NCBI GenBank assembly: GCA_903831815.1
Contig: CAIKZC010000005.1
Coordinates: 69-64,068, forward strand
Origin: an uncultured bacterium
Lineage (GTDB): Bacteria > Patescibacteriota > Minisyncoccia > Phycocordibacterales > UBA11359
Direction: 5' to 3'
Length of the DNA stretch: 64,000 nt
Below the pieces are notes generated by a model. That model saw only the letters and a program-made list of their open reading frames with translations, was not told the DNA's origin and did no database searches. Shown here piece by piece: positions 43,401-54,100 of this stretch. A program made the translations under genes and the position numbers. How positions within the stretch are numbered: the first letter of the stretch is position 1; each line of letters starts with the position of its first letter.

Positions 43401-43601
43401 GTTTTGACGATCAAGTCTGACGATATTGTTGGCCGATCGAGCGCTTTCGATGCAATCGTGAAAGGAAATGAGATTTCGACCCCTTCGATTCCGGCATCAT
43501 TCAATGTTCTTATTAACAACCTCAAGGGACTAGGACTTGACGTTGACCTCATGAGTGAGAGTCAACCAAAAGCCGATGAGGATGAAGCTAATCAAGAATA
43601 A
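40410..43601 (+). CDS. rpoB: RNA polymerase beta subunit
   Basis: DDIDHLG, RDVHPSHYGR, GSNMQKQA, GDKLAGRHGNKG, GQRFGEME. Confidence 0.99.
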   Translation: MKRQKKYFAKHKPALTTMPNLVESQTTSFNWLLEKGLGEVFKEYSSIKDYSEKKFELDFADVKLTMPKYDEYYAKDNKLSYEASIKVIVRFKNKIVNSVKEQEIFMADLPIMTPHGTFIIAGIERVIVPQLARSFGVFFTANDIRGKNYFGAKIIPARGAWIEIETEADGGVYVRIDRKRKFPVTMLLRVLGADTNEKIMHLFAGNEAARSYMEKTIAKDHTKIADEAFIEIHKKLRDGDLATAENAREFINTIFGADRYDLSKVGRFRFNKRFGKPMTDKEIARHTISLDDAITIINNIVTLNTTPGAVEDDIDHLGSRRVRYVGELLQQKIRVGMSQIKRNIQDRMSTADPDSVLPINFISPKPLQARIKEFFTTNQLSQFMAQENILTELEHLRTLSALGPGGLTRERAGYEVRDVHPSHYGRLCPIHTPEGPNIGLILRLSTYARINDFGMIETPYAKVKNGKVTPEIHYLNALEEENFAIAHAAIDRDEEGRIKDDEVEVRVNGDPTMVPREKVDYIDVATEQAFSIATSMIPFLNHDDSTRALMGSNMQKQATPCILPEAPLVATGVEADGARDTGRIVISHDDGVVHHVDAQKITVKSNKGKDVEYKLVNFSRTNGFTVFHQRPIVNVGDKVKRGDVLADTSSSDNGQIALGQNIFVAFMSWSGANYEDAIILSERLVRDNRFTSIHIEEFIVNVRDTKLGPEVTTPDIPNVSENKLKNLDEDGVVRIGAEVRPGDILVGKITPKGETQLTPEERLLRSLFGEKARDVKDTSKRLENGKQGRIISVKIFSREKGDKLESGIIKRIHIEVAELRNVQVGDKLAGRHGNKGVISTILPIEDMPHLADGTAVDMILTPLGVPSRMNLGQIMELHLGLAAHTLGYQAVVPPFAGATDKEIKNELVAAGFPENGKVKLFDGRNGEAFQQDIAIGYMYVMKLHHMVEDKIHMRSIGPYSLITQQPLGGKAQGGGQRFGEMEVWALLGHGAAHNLREVLTIKSDDIVGRSSAFDAIVKGNEISTPSIPASFNVLINNLKGLGLDVDLMSESQPKADEDEANQE

Positions 43602-43608
43602 AACTACC

Positions 43609-46600
43609 ATGTACAAAAATAACAAAACATCAAATACAGGCAGTTTCACTTCAATCTCTCTTAAGGTTGCCTCACCTCAGCGTATTAAGGAATGGTCAAA
43701 GGGCGAAGTTACCAAGCCGGAAACGATCAACTATCGAACCCAACGTTCTGAAAAGAGTGGTCTATTCGACGAAAAGATATTCGGACCGGACAAGGATTAT
43801 GAATGTTATTGCGGAAAATACCGTGGCATTCGTTATAAAGGAATTGTTTGCGAAAAATGTGGAGTCGAGATAACTCGTTCAATCGTTCGACGTGAGAGAA
43901 TGGGTCATATCGAGCTCGCGACACCGGTTTCTCACATCTGGTTCTTGCGTTCAACGCCTTCCCGAATCGGTTTGATTATGGGTATGACGGCTGCAGATCT
44001 TGAAAAAGTTATCTATTTTGCCGGATATATTATTACCAACGTGCACGAACAAGAACGCGCACAAGTCCTCCGTGATTTGGATTCTGAATTCAAGACAAAA
44101 ATAAAAACTGCGCAGGACGAAAAGACCAAAGAAGCTTTGAAAGAACGCCTAGTCAGTACAAAGAAAGAGATCGAAAGCTTGACTCTCGGCCGCGTGGTTG
44201 ATGAATTGCAATATCATTCATATTCTCTAAAATACGGAACAATTTTTGAGGCGGGAATTGGAGCAGAAGCTATTTACGATATTTTGAAAGATGTTGATCT
44301 CAAGAAATTGGAGAAAGAATTGGCAATCGATCTCGAAAAAGCCGGTTCAATTGAATCAGAAAGAATCAACAAGAGACTTTCTATCATTCGATCCATGATC
44401 AACTCAGGTATTCGACCTGAATGGATGTTCCTTACGAATATCCCGGTCATTCCTCCAGCTCTCCGACCAATGGTGCCGCTTGATGGTGGACGTTATGCAA
44501 CTTCGGATGTGAACGACCTCTATCGACGTGTTATCAACCGCAACAATCGTCTCAAGAAACTCAAGGAAATTCATGCGCCTGATGTTATTTTGCGAAACGA
44601 GAAACGTATTTTGCAAGAAGCTGTCGACTCTTTGATCGACAACTCTATTCGACATGGTTCAGCAAGTCAGGGAGCTTTGACTCAAGCACAGCGCCGACCT
44701 CTCAAGTCTCTTTCCGATAACTTGAAAGGCAAACGCGGTCTTTTCCGCCAGAACTTGCTCGGTAAACGTGTTGACTATTCAGGACGTTCTGTTATCGTCG
44801 TCGGTTCATCTTTGAAACTCAGTCAGTGTGGATTGCCAAAATTCATGGCACTCGAACTTTTCCGTCCATTCATTATTTCCAAACTTTTGGAAAAAGAATT
44901 GGCCTTCAACATTCGTGGCGCCAACAGACTTATCGAAGACGGTATTCCTGAAGTTTGGGCCATTCTCGAAGACGTTATCAAAGACAAATATGTCTTGCTA
45001 AACCGTGCACCTACATTGCACCGACTTGGTATTCAGGCTTTCCAACCAATTCTTATTGAAGGTTCAGCTATTCAAGTACACCCACTCGTTTGTTCCGCTT
45101 TCAACGCTGACTTCGACGGTGACCAAATGGCCGTTCACGTACCACTTTCTCATGCCGCTCAAATTGAGGCTCGAGAGATCATGGCATCGGATAAAAACAT
45201 TTTGAAACCTGGTTCAGGAGATCCAACTATTTCGGCAAAGATGCTCGATATTATTTTGGGATCTTATTGGATGACCACAATGATTGATGGCAAGCCCGGA
45301 GAAGGCGAAGCTTTTGCTTCACCTCGAATGGCGATACTTGCCAATGACTTTGGTGCCGTGGATTTTCGCGCCAAAATTAAAGTTATGGCGCCTGCAACTC
45401 CAAAATATACCGAATTTGCCGGAAAAATATTTGAGACATCCATTGGTCGCATTGTCTTTAATGATGTGCTACCTGAGGACTATCCTTTCATCAACAGTGA
45501 AATGAACCGTAAGCGTATGCAAGCTCTTGTTGACGATATGATCGAACGATACGGTATCGCTAATTTGCCGACAATTATCGACAAGATCAAAAATAACGGA
45601 TTCTATTATGCGACAGTTTCCGGTGTGACTTGGGGTATTGATGATGTTAAGGTTCCGGTTGAAAAAGATGCGATGATTACTGAGGCTCGCAAAAAGGCCG
45701 CTAAAGTTCAATCTCAGTTTGACGACGGTTTGCTTTCAGAAGATGAACGCGGACGAAAAAATATCGAAGTTTGGCATGAAGTCAAGAGCCAAATCGAAAA
45801 AATTATTCCGGGAACTTTGGAGAAACATGGTTCAGTTTATGATATGGTCAACTCCGGTGCTCGAGGTTCGATTGGTAACATTACTCAGATGGTTGGTATG
45901 AAAGGTCTCATCATCAACACGCAAGGAGAGACAATTCAGTTTCCAATTATTTCAAGCATGAAAGAAGGACTTACACCGATTGAATACTTTATTACGACTC
46001 ACGGCTCACGTAAAGGTTTGACGGACACCGCGCTCAACACCGCTAAAGCCGGATATTTGACTCGTAAATTGTTCGTGGTCGCTCAAGATACGATTGTTTC
46101 CGAAGATGATTGTGGAACCAAGCATGGAGTTACGATCCATAAAGGAACAGCTTCGGGCATCGAAGTCCCTCTTTCTCGAAATATCAAAGGACGTGTGCTT
46201 GCCGAAGATGCTGTAACCGCAGACGGAACCGTTGTCTTCAAACGAAATCACTTGTTAACTAAAATTGACGGTCAAAAAATTGAAGATGCCGGTATTACTT
46301 CAGTCAAGGTTCGATCACCGCTTACTTGTAACGCTCCGGTAGGTATTTGCGCCTTTTGTTATGGTGCTGATCTTGGTAAAAATAAATTAGTTGAACTCGG
46401 TGAAGCTGTCGGAACAGTTGCCGCTCAAGCTATCGGTGAACCGGGAACACAGCTGACGATGCGTACGTTCCACGCCGGTGGTACCGCTTCTGTTGGTGGA
46501 GACATCACGCAAGGTTTGCCTCGAGTCGAGGAAGTCTTTGAAAAACGAGCACCTCGTAACCCGGCTATTGTTTGTGAAGTTGACGGTACTGTTTCTGAGA

Positions 46601-47283
46601 TTAAGGAACTTGGTCGCGAAAAAACTTTGGTTATTTTGGCTGATTTACACGACAAGAAAACCAAAAAATCAGGTGAGATAGAATATTCTGTCAGCGCCAA
46701 TCGAACAATTTTGGTTAATCTTGGCGATAAGGTTGTTAAAGGTCAATTACTAACTGACGGTTCCGCAGTCATTGATGACATCTTCAAGTATGGCGGACGA
46801 GAACAAGCTCAAAATTACATTATTGCCGAAGTTTCAAAGTTGTATGAATTGCAAGGTGAAGCTGTTTCTCGAAAACACATTGAAGTTATCGTTCGACAAA
46901 TGTTCTCACGACGCAAGATCAAGGAAAACGGTTCGACTCCATTTTCTGTCGGTGATATTGTAGAGCATTATCAGTTGGCTTTGGAAAACAAGCATGTTAA
47001 AGAGGCTGGCGGTGATGAGGCTAAAGGTGAAGAAGTTGTCATGGGTATTACTGATGTTTCACTTTCTCGAAAGAGTTTCCTTTCAGCTGCTTCCTTCCAA
47101 CACACCACTCGTGTCCTCATCAACAGCGCCGTTCGCGGTAGCAAAGACAAATTGGTGGGTCTCATGGAAAACGTTATTATCGGACGACTCATTCCTGCCG
47201 GAACCGGTTTCAAAGGTAGTCCAAAGCAAAAGATGATCGAAGAGCAGACTCGTGTTGAATCGAGTGACGAAGAAGTGGAATAA
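43609..47283 (+). CDS. rpoC: RNA polymerase beta' subunit
   Basis: KPETINYR, GKRVDYSGR, NADFDGDQM, GEPGTQLTMRTFH; start placed at the ATG after the rpoB stop. Confidence 0.99.
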   Translation: MYKNNKTSNTGSFTSISLKVASPQRIKEWSKGEVTKPETINYRTQRSEKSGLFDEKIFGPDKDYECYCGKYRGIRYKGIVCEKCGVEITRSIVRRERMGHIELATPVSHIWFLRSTPSRIGLIMGMTAADLEKVIYFAGYIITNVHEQERAQVLRDLDSEFKTKIKTAQDEKTKEALKERLVSTKKEIESLTLGRVVDELQYHSYSLKYGTIFEAGIGAEAIYDILKDVDLKKLEKELAIDLEKAGSIESERINKRLSIIRSMINSGIRPEWMFLTNIPVIPPALRPMVPLDGGRYATSDVNDLYRRVINRNNRLKKLKEIHAPDVILRNEKRILQEAVDSLIDNSIRHGSASQGALTQAQRRPLKSLSDNLKGKRGLFRQNLLGKRVDYSGRSVIVVGSSLKLSQCGLPKFMALELFRPFIISKLLEKELAFNIRGANRLIEDGIPEVWAILEDVIKDKYVLLNRAPTLHRLGIQAFQPILIEGSAIQVHPLVCSAFNADFDGDQMAVHVPLSHAAQIEAREIMASDKNILKPGSGDPTISAKMLDIILGSYWMTTMIDGKPGEGEAFASPRMAILANDFGAVDFRAKIKVMAPATPKYTEFAGKIFETSIGRIVFNDVLPEDYPFINSEMNRKRMQALVDDMIERYGIANLPTIIDKIKNNGFYYATVSGVTWGIDDVKVPVEKDAMITEARKKAAKVQSQFDDGLLSEDERGRKNIEVWHEVKSQIEKIIPGTLEKHGSVYDMVNSGARGSIGNITQMVGMKGLIINTQGETIQFPIISSMKEGLTPIEYFITTHGSRKGLTDTALNTAKAGYLTRKLFVVAQDTIVSEDDCGTKHGVTIHKGTASGIEVPLSRNIKGRVLAEDAVTADGTVVFKRNHLLTKIDGQKIEDAGITSVKVRSPLTCNAPVGICAFCYGADLGKNKLVELGEAVGTVAAQAIGEPGTQLTMRTFHAGGTASVGGDITQGLPRVEEVFEKRAPRNPAIVCEVDGTVSEIKELGREKTLVILADLHDKKTKKSGEIEYSVSANRTILVNLGDKVVKGQLLTDGSAVIDDIFKYGGREQAQNYIIAEVSKLYELQGEAVSRKHIEVIVRQMFSRRKIKENGSTPFSVGDIVEHYQLALENKHVKEAGGDEAKGEEVVMGITDVSLSRKSFLSAASFQHTTRVLINSAVRGSKDKLVGLMENVIIGRLIPAGTGFKGSPKQKMIEEQTRVESSDEEVE

Positions 47284-47319
47284 AGAACACGTAGCTCGTA
47301 GATTTCTCCTTAATTCTAA

Positions 47320-49035
47320 ATGAGCACTGTCGACACAATTAAAGATCGCTTGTCCATAACCGACATTGTTGGCACGTATGTTAAGCTTGAAAAAGCGGGC
47401 GCCAATTTGAAAGGTTTGTGTCCTTTCCATCAAGAAAAAACTCCGTCATTTATGGTTTCTCCTGCGCGTGGATCGTATTATTGTTTTGGTTGCGGGGCCA
47501 AAGGCGATATCTTTTCTTTTGTTGAACAGTTTGAGGGGCTCGATTTTATGGGAGCTCTGAAAGTGTTGGCTGACAGGGCGGGGGTGGAGATTGAGAAGCA
47601 AAATCCAGCCGAGAAAACCGAACGTGAAAGGCTATTCCAGATTATGGATTTTGCGTCACTTTTTTACCACAAAGGTTTGTCGGAAAATGTGGCAGCTATT
47701 GAATATTTGAAAAAAAGAGGTGTGGAAGTGGGAACTATTCGCGCATGGCGCCTGGGTTATGCTGTGCCGGAGTGGCGAACACTTTTCAATTATTTGATCT
47801 CAAAAAAATTTAGTTCTCAAGAAATGTTAAAAGCAGGATTGGTAAAACCTGCCGATAAAGGTTTTTACGATACTTTCCGTAGTCGCATTATTTTTCCGAT
47901 TGGTAATAGCGCCGGAAGGGTTGTGGCGTTTTCCGGTCGCATTTTTCCTGTTGATGATACGGCGGCCAAATATCTGAACTCGCCGGAAACTTCGCTTTTC
48001 AACAAATCGGCGGTGTTGTATGGATATGATAAAGCGAAGTTTGAAATTCGCAAGAAAAATACGGCGATATTAGTTGAAGGGCAGATGGATCTAATATTGT
48101 CGCATCAGGTTGGTATTACTAATACCGTGGCAACTTCCGGAACCGCATTTACCGATCTGCATGCCGGACTCATCAAGCGTTTTGCCGAGAAATTAATAAT
48201 TTGTTATGACGGTGACAAGGCTGGAGTATCGGCCGCGCTGCGCGCGGCCGTCGTGGCCCTCCGCTCCGGACTCGACGTGCATATTGTGCGTTTGCCTGAT
48301 GACAAAGATCCGGCCGACATGTGTATAGAAAATAAACAAGCTTACTTGGATTTTTTGTCCGGTGCCGAACATGTCATTGATTTTGCCCTCGGCACGGCAC
48401 TTCGCGCTTCAACTGACAAGCGTCAGCAAGAAAAAAACATTGTCGCCAGCGTTTTGCCTTATGTAAAAGTATTGGAAAGCGCGGTTGAACAAGGACATTT
48501 CATTGCTCGCATTGCACAAGCTAGCCGAATTCGTGAAGATGACTTGCGAGCGGAACTTCGAAAATTACCGATGCCGATTGCTAATGCGTCAATCAGCAGC
48601 GTTTCCGGAAAAACGCCAAATACTGTAAATAACGCAACATCAGAGCGGCCTATCCGTGAGCAGGTTGTAGTTCGCCAGCTTTTTGGTATCATGTTTTTGT
48701 TGGAACAAAAAGAAGAAAAGAAAAAGGTTGATGAAATAAAAAACGAGCTCGTGCGTATAGAAGGCAAGGAAGGGCTCGAAGTTTTGATGAAGCGCTACAG
48801 TAATCAGAAAGAAGAATTGCTTTTTGAAACCGAAAGGGCATATAATTCACCTGATTTTATTGAAACGGACATTAAAGAACTTTTGAAGAGATTGGAGATA
48901 GAGAGACTAGAACGGCGATATGCCGAAGCTACCGATACGCTGGCCCAAGCTGAACGTGAACATGATGAAGGGAAGACCGCCGAACTTCTCGAAACATGCA
49001 AAGAAATTTCAAAAAGACTTTCAATACTTAAATAA
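47320..49035 (+). CDS. dnaG: DNA primase
   Basis: [41 protein letters not shown] motif. Confidence 0.97.
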   Translation: MSTVDTIKDRLSITDIVGTYVKLEKAGANLKGLCPFHQEKTPSFMVSPARGSYYCFGCGAKGDIFSFVEQFEGLDFMGALKVLADRAGVEIEKQNPAEKTERERLFQIMDFASLFYHKGLSENVAAIEYLKKRGVEVGTIRAWRLGYAVPEWRTLFNYLISKKFSSQEMLKAGLVKPADKGFYDTFRSRIIFPIGNSAGRVVAFSGRIFPVDDTAAKYLNSPETSLFNKSAVLYGYDKAKFEIRKKNTAILVEGQMDLILSHQVGITNTVATSGTAFTDLHAGLIKRFAEKLIICYDGDKAGVSAALRAAVVALRSGLDVHIVRLPDDKDPADMCIENKQAYLDFLSGAEHVIDFALGTALRASTDKRQQEKNIVASVLPYVKVLESAVEQGHFIARIAQASRIREDDLRAELRKLPMPIANASISSVSGKTPNTVNNATSERPIREQVVVRQLFGIMFLLEQKEEKKKVDEIKNELVRIEGKEGLEVLMKRYSNQKEELLFETERAYNSPDFIETDIKELLKRLEIERLERRYAEATDTLAQAEREHDEGKTAELLETCKEISKRLSILK

Positions 49036-49040
49036 AACAT

Positions 49041-50267
49041 ATGAAAAAGAAAAACGGATCAAAGAAAATAAAAAAGACCAAAGCGGCAAAACCGAAAGCG
49101 ATAAAGCGCATAAAAAAATCTGCACGCACGCACGCTATTTTTCGTAAAGATCCGGCAGCCAAAAAAGCGGCTGGCCCCATCAAGAAATTTACCGTGGCCG
49201 AAAAAGCCAAAAACATGGACGATAAGGCTAATCGACTTTTGTTAAAAGGTCGCGATCGCGGTTTTGTGACTTATGATGAAATTTTGAAAGAATTTCCAAC
49301 TATTGAGGATGATATTGTTTTTCTAGATGATTTGTATCAAAAATTTAATGCCGCCGGAATCGATGTTTTGGAAGGAGGAGGACTTCTTGATGTTTCCGAT
49401 GAAATTTTGGCTAAAAAATTAGCCAAGGATTCTTCGTATGACTCGATTCAGATGTATTTGAAAGAAATTGGACAATATCCACTTCTAAGTGGTAGCGAGG
49501 AAAAAGAATTGGCCAAACGAATCGAATTGGAAGATGAAGATGCCAAGACTTTGCTTATGCGCGCCAACTTACGTCTCGTGGTTTCGATTGCCAAAAAATA
49601 TGTTGGCCGAAGTCCGGATTTAACATTACTTGATTTGATTCAGGAAGGAAATTTAGGTTTGCATAAAGCGGTAGATAAATTTGATTGGACCAAAGGTTAT
49701 AAGTTTTCAACTTATGCTACTTGGTGGATTCGCCAAGCTATCACTCGCGCACTAGCCGATCAGTCTCGTACGATTCGAGTGCCGGTACACATGGTTGAAA
49801 CGATCGCTAAATACAAGCAAGTTTTTCGTCGTTTGTCGCAAGATTTGGGACGAGATCCATTGCCTGAGGAAATTGCCAATGAAATGGGTGTTGATGTTGA
49901 TAAAATTTATACTATTGAAAAAATCGATCAAAGTACTGTCTCTTTGGAGAGCAAAGTTGGTGATGATGATGATGACAAGGGATCTACTTTGGGTGATTTT
50001 GTAGCTGATGACAAGATCCTTTCGCCTGATCAAGAATCATCACGAAGAATTATTGCCGATCAGGTCAAAGAAATTTTAGGTGATTTGTCAGAAAAGGAAC
50101 GCGAGATTTTGGAACTTCGACACGGACTCACTGATGGCATTCAGCATACACTTGAGGAAGTAGGGAAGAGATTTGGGGTTACGCGTGAACGTATTCGACA
50201 GATTGAGGCGAAGGCGCATGAGAAGATAAGACAGCATGATAAGATAAATAGACTGAGGAACTATTAG
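49041..50267 (+). CDS. rpoD: Primary sigma factor (RpoD/SigA) with Lys-rich N-terminal extension
   Basis: [45 protein letters not shown]. Confidence 0.97.
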   Translation: MKKKNGSKKIKKTKAAKPKAIKRIKKSARTHAIFRKDPAAKKAAGPIKKFTVAEKAKNMDDKANRLLLKGRDRGFVTYDEILKEFPTIEDDIVFLDDLYQKFNAAGIDVLEGGGLLDVSDEILAKKLAKDSSYDSIQMYLKEIGQYPLLSGSEEKELAKRIELEDEDAKTLLMRANLRLVVSIAKKYVGRSPDLTLLDLIQEGNLGLHKAVDKFDWTKGYKFSTYATWWIRQAITRALADQSRTIRVPVHMVETIAKYKQVFRRLSQDLGRDPLPEEIANEMGVDVDKIYTIEKIDQSTVSLESKVGDDDDDKGSTLGDFVADDKILSPDQESSRRIIADQVKEILGDLSEKEREILELRHGLTDGIQHTLEEVGKRFGVTRERIRQIEAKAHEKIRQHDKINRLRNY

Positions 50268-50272
50268 AGAAA

Positions 50273-50387
50273 AAGCAAACCAAAAGAGCAGTTTTAAGGG
50301 CACAGGTAAATTTCCTGCTGGAAATTTCCTTCCAACTCGCGCCGTCGCGCTCCGTTAGTCCCTTAAAACTGCTCTTTTGGTTTGCTT
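50273..50387 (-). repeat. Dispersed structured repeat, copy G
   Basis: 28-bp perfect outer IR; minus-strand core close to copy A, with compensatory change to GCGC-GACG-GCGC. Confidence 0.88.
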
Positions 50388-50581
50388 CATGACTGACAGT
50401 TTCAAAAATATTGCAAATTTAGGCCGTTTTTTGGAAAACAAGAATACATAGACCTATCGTAATACCTCGGGATTTCAAGGGATGAATATATTAAAATTAT
50501 TGATTCGTTTTGATTTTTTTAAAAAAACCACCCGCGAGCGCAAGGTGGTTTTTCCTTGGTTCGAAGGTGGGTTTGAGACGG

Positions 50582-50956
50582 TTAATTCCCGGTGGCGTGG
50601 ACAGGCGTCGCAGGTGATGATATTGGTGCACAGCCATTTTGCTCAACCGGCGGTCTCCTGGTTCGAGGCAATGTCTTTGCATTCCTCGATTTGTCCAGAT
50701 CATCGCGCCAGCGTTGGATCTCATCAAGATCGATCGCCGGTAGAACGAACGTCAGGCCACAATTACGCGCGAAATTGATCGCGTCATGGAATGTTGGCGT
50801 TTTTTTCGTCTTCTGGCAATGAACTGCCCATTGGCTTGAAACGATCCAACCTTCTTTTGAGGCATCATCTAATGCCGAGAGTTGAAGGACACTAACTTCC
50901 TTGCTACGCGTCACCACGGTATGTGATGAAGTTCCCGGTAGGTCTTTGAGGGGCAC
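50582..50956 (-). CDS. Orphan protein
   Basis: AGGAGG 6 nt before the GTG, TTGACT promoter ~51058, terminator 50521-50553. Confidence 0.65.
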   Translation of the reverse strand: MPLKDLPGTSSHTVVTRSKEVSVLQLSALDDASKEGWIVSSQWAVHCQKTKKTPTFHDAINFARNCGLTFVLPAIDLDEIQRWRDDLDKSRNAKTLPRTRRPPVEQNGCAPISSPATPVHATGN

Positions 50957-51065
50957 AATGGCCCTCCTATTCTCCTCCCGCGCAGGGAGAGTAAATGACT
51001 AAGAACACGCTAACAAAAATCTGGTTTCTAGCATAGCATAAGACTTTATAAAAGTCAAGCTAGGG

Positions 51066-51074
51066 TGTGGATAA
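51066..51074 (-). promoter_or_regulatory. DnaA box
   Basis: Perfect TGTGGATAA between divergent promoters. Confidence 0.5.
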
Positions 51075-51140
51075 CTCTTAATATTTATGGTGAATTTGCA
51101 TGACTGCCGGTGAATTGGCGTGTCGTGATATACTGTTTGA

Positions 51141-54100
51141 ATGACAGTTTCGATTGCGTTTAAGGAGCGCTATGCAAATCTCAATAATGAGCAGAAAAAG
51201 GCCGTAGACGCCATTGAGGGGTCTTTAATGGTGGTTGCAGGACCGGGTTCGGGAAAGACCGAGATCTTGAGTTTGCGTGTTGCGAACATTTTGAATAAAA
51301 CGCAGGTGCGACCAAATAATATTTTGTGTCTAACTTTTACCGATTTGGCTGCTATCAATATGCGTAAGCGTTTGACACCACTTCTTGGCGTTGATGCGTA
51401 TCGTGTGGCGATTCATACTTTTCACAGTTTTTGCGTTGATATAATCGATCGCTTTCCGGAATATTTTTATCACGGAGCAACATTTGTGGCGGCTGATGAA
51501 TTGGTGCAAATTCAGATGTTAGAAGAGATCATCAATAGTTTGCCGTACGATAATCCGTTGAAGGCCGCGCACTCGGAAGAAGGTTTTGTTTATCTTAAAG
51601 ATGCAAAGTTTGCTATCGGAAATTTGAAAAAAGCCGGTTTGACGCCGGAGGAATTTTCAAAAATATTGGATCATAATGAAGAATCTTTCGCTTACATCAA
51701 TCCGTCGTTGGAAGAAGTTTTTGCGCCGCGTGTTTCCAAAGAAACGATTGTGGCGGTGGAGGGTTTGGTAAAAAAGTTAAAAGAAAAACACGCGGCGCTG
51801 ATTAAGAAAAATCCGTTTCCGGTACCACACTTGCAATCTTTTTTGCAAAGTTTGATCGATTCACTGGAGTTGCTTATAGAAAGAGCGGAAAACGCCGAGA
51901 AACCGACCTCATTATTTTCAGAATGGAAATCGGATCATTTGGAGAAAAGCACTAGCGGAAAGTTGGTTTGCAAGGAAACTAACCGGATAGAAAAATTGCG
52001 CGCCTTGGCGGATCTTTATGCCAAATATAAAGAATTAATGTGGAAGCGCGGATACTATGATTTTGACGATATGATTTTGGATGTCATGTTGACGCTCGAG
52101 AAAAATGAAACTTTGCGATATCAAATTCAAGAGCAATTCCAGTATATTTTGGTCGACGAATTTCAAGATACCAACGACGGACAGATGAGACTTTTGCGAG
52201 CGATTACTGACGCGCCGCAAAATGAAGGACGACCGAACATTATGGTGGTTGGTGATGATGATCAGGCTATTTACAAATTTCAAGGCGCGGAAATTTCCAA
52301 TATTATAAATTTTAGTCGCTTGTACAAAGATGTGAAAATCGTGACGATGGTTCAGAACTATCGTTCGACTCAAACGATATTGGACTTGGCTCAGCACGTG
52401 ATCCGCAAAGGTTCGGAGAGGTTGGAAACTATTTTGCCGGACATCGAAAAAACTTTGACTGCGCAGAACAAAAAGTTGACGAAAGGCAGGATTATAAATA
52501 AAAATTTGGCATCGCGTGAAGAAGAATATCATTATGTGGCTAATGAGATAAAACGGCTGATTGGAACCGGTATAGAGTCATCGGAAATTGCCGTGATTTC
52601 CCGTAAACACGACTTGTTGGAGTCTATTGTGCCTCATTTACACAAAGCCGGTGTACCGGTGAGGTACGAACGTCAGCAGGATGTTTTGCATGAACCTCAT
52701 ATTCATCAGATCATTCAAATTGCGCGTTTTGCCGCTTCCTATGCTCGTAAAGATGTCGAAGAAGCTGATTATTTATTGCCGGAGATTTTGAGTTATCCGT
52801 TTTGGAATTTGGATAGATTGGATATTTGGAATGTCTCGATCGCGGCGAAAGAAAGTTCCGACAAAACACTTTGGCTTTCGGCCATGAGAAAGAGCGAGAA
52901 TAAGCATGTGCGTGAAATCGCTGATTTCTTACTGGATCTTTCAGTGCGCTCATTATCTGAACCACTCGAATATATTGTGGACAGAATTATTGGAGCGCAT
53001 ATTAAAACTTTGAATTCTGATGATGATGCGGATGAGAATGGAAATATTTCCGAGCTCGCAGTAGGGAATCCGTTTGGTCGACTAGAAGGTGATACTAAAA
53101 CTTTCCGTAGTCCGTTCAAGAGTTTTTATTTCAGTAAGGAGCGATTTGAAAAGCAAAAAGGGAATTATCTGACCTTTCTTTCCAGTTTGCGTGTATTTAT
53201 GTACGCTTTGCGTGAATATAAAAAAGGCGAAATGCTTTCCATTTCCGACTTGGTTTCGTATGTCGATACTCATGAAAAAAATGGATTGTTGGTAACTGAC
53301 AATAGTCCATATATTTCGGCTATCTCGGCAGTTTCTTTGCTTTCGGCCCATAAAGCCAAAGGATTGGAATTTAAAGTTGTTTTTGTGCTGGCTTGTCAGG
53401 ATTCGGTGTGGATGGCCCGCGGGCGCGGCACAAAACTCCCGATGCCAAACAACCTGCCGATCGCGCCCGCGGGCGACACATTCGATGATAAATTGAGATT
53501 ATTTTTCGTCGCACTGACGAGAGCAAAAGAATATTTGTATATAACTGCTGCAACAAGCGGCGACGATGGCGGCGCGGAACTTCCTTTGCAGTTTATTGCC
53601 GATGTTCCAAAGGAAATGTTTGGTCTTGAATCCGGTAGTGAAATTAAAAGTGGCAAAGTTGAAAATGAACTTGCACTTCCAAATATTGCCGACATTTTGG
53701 CAGATTCATGGCGCACCTATCATCGACCACCGACCACGATAGACGAATCGGCACTTCTTTCAACTTTGGTGGAAAATTATCAAATGAGTGTTACTCATCT
53801 CAATAATTTTTTGGATGTGACTAACGGCGGCCCGCAAAATTTCCTGGAAACCAATCTCTTGCGTTTCCCTCAAGCAAAAACAACTTCAGCTGCTTACGGT
53901 ACGGCTGTGCATGCGACGATTGAGAGGTTATATTTCGAACTTCGCGGTGAAGCAAAGGTGCCGCCACTTGCAAAAGTTCTTGGATATTTCAAGGATGTCT
54001 TGCGTAAAGAACGTTTGAGCCAACGTGAATATTCCGAACAAGAAGAGCGAGGTGTTGAAAGTTTGACGGCTTTTTACAAAGCTAAAAAAGATTCATTTAA

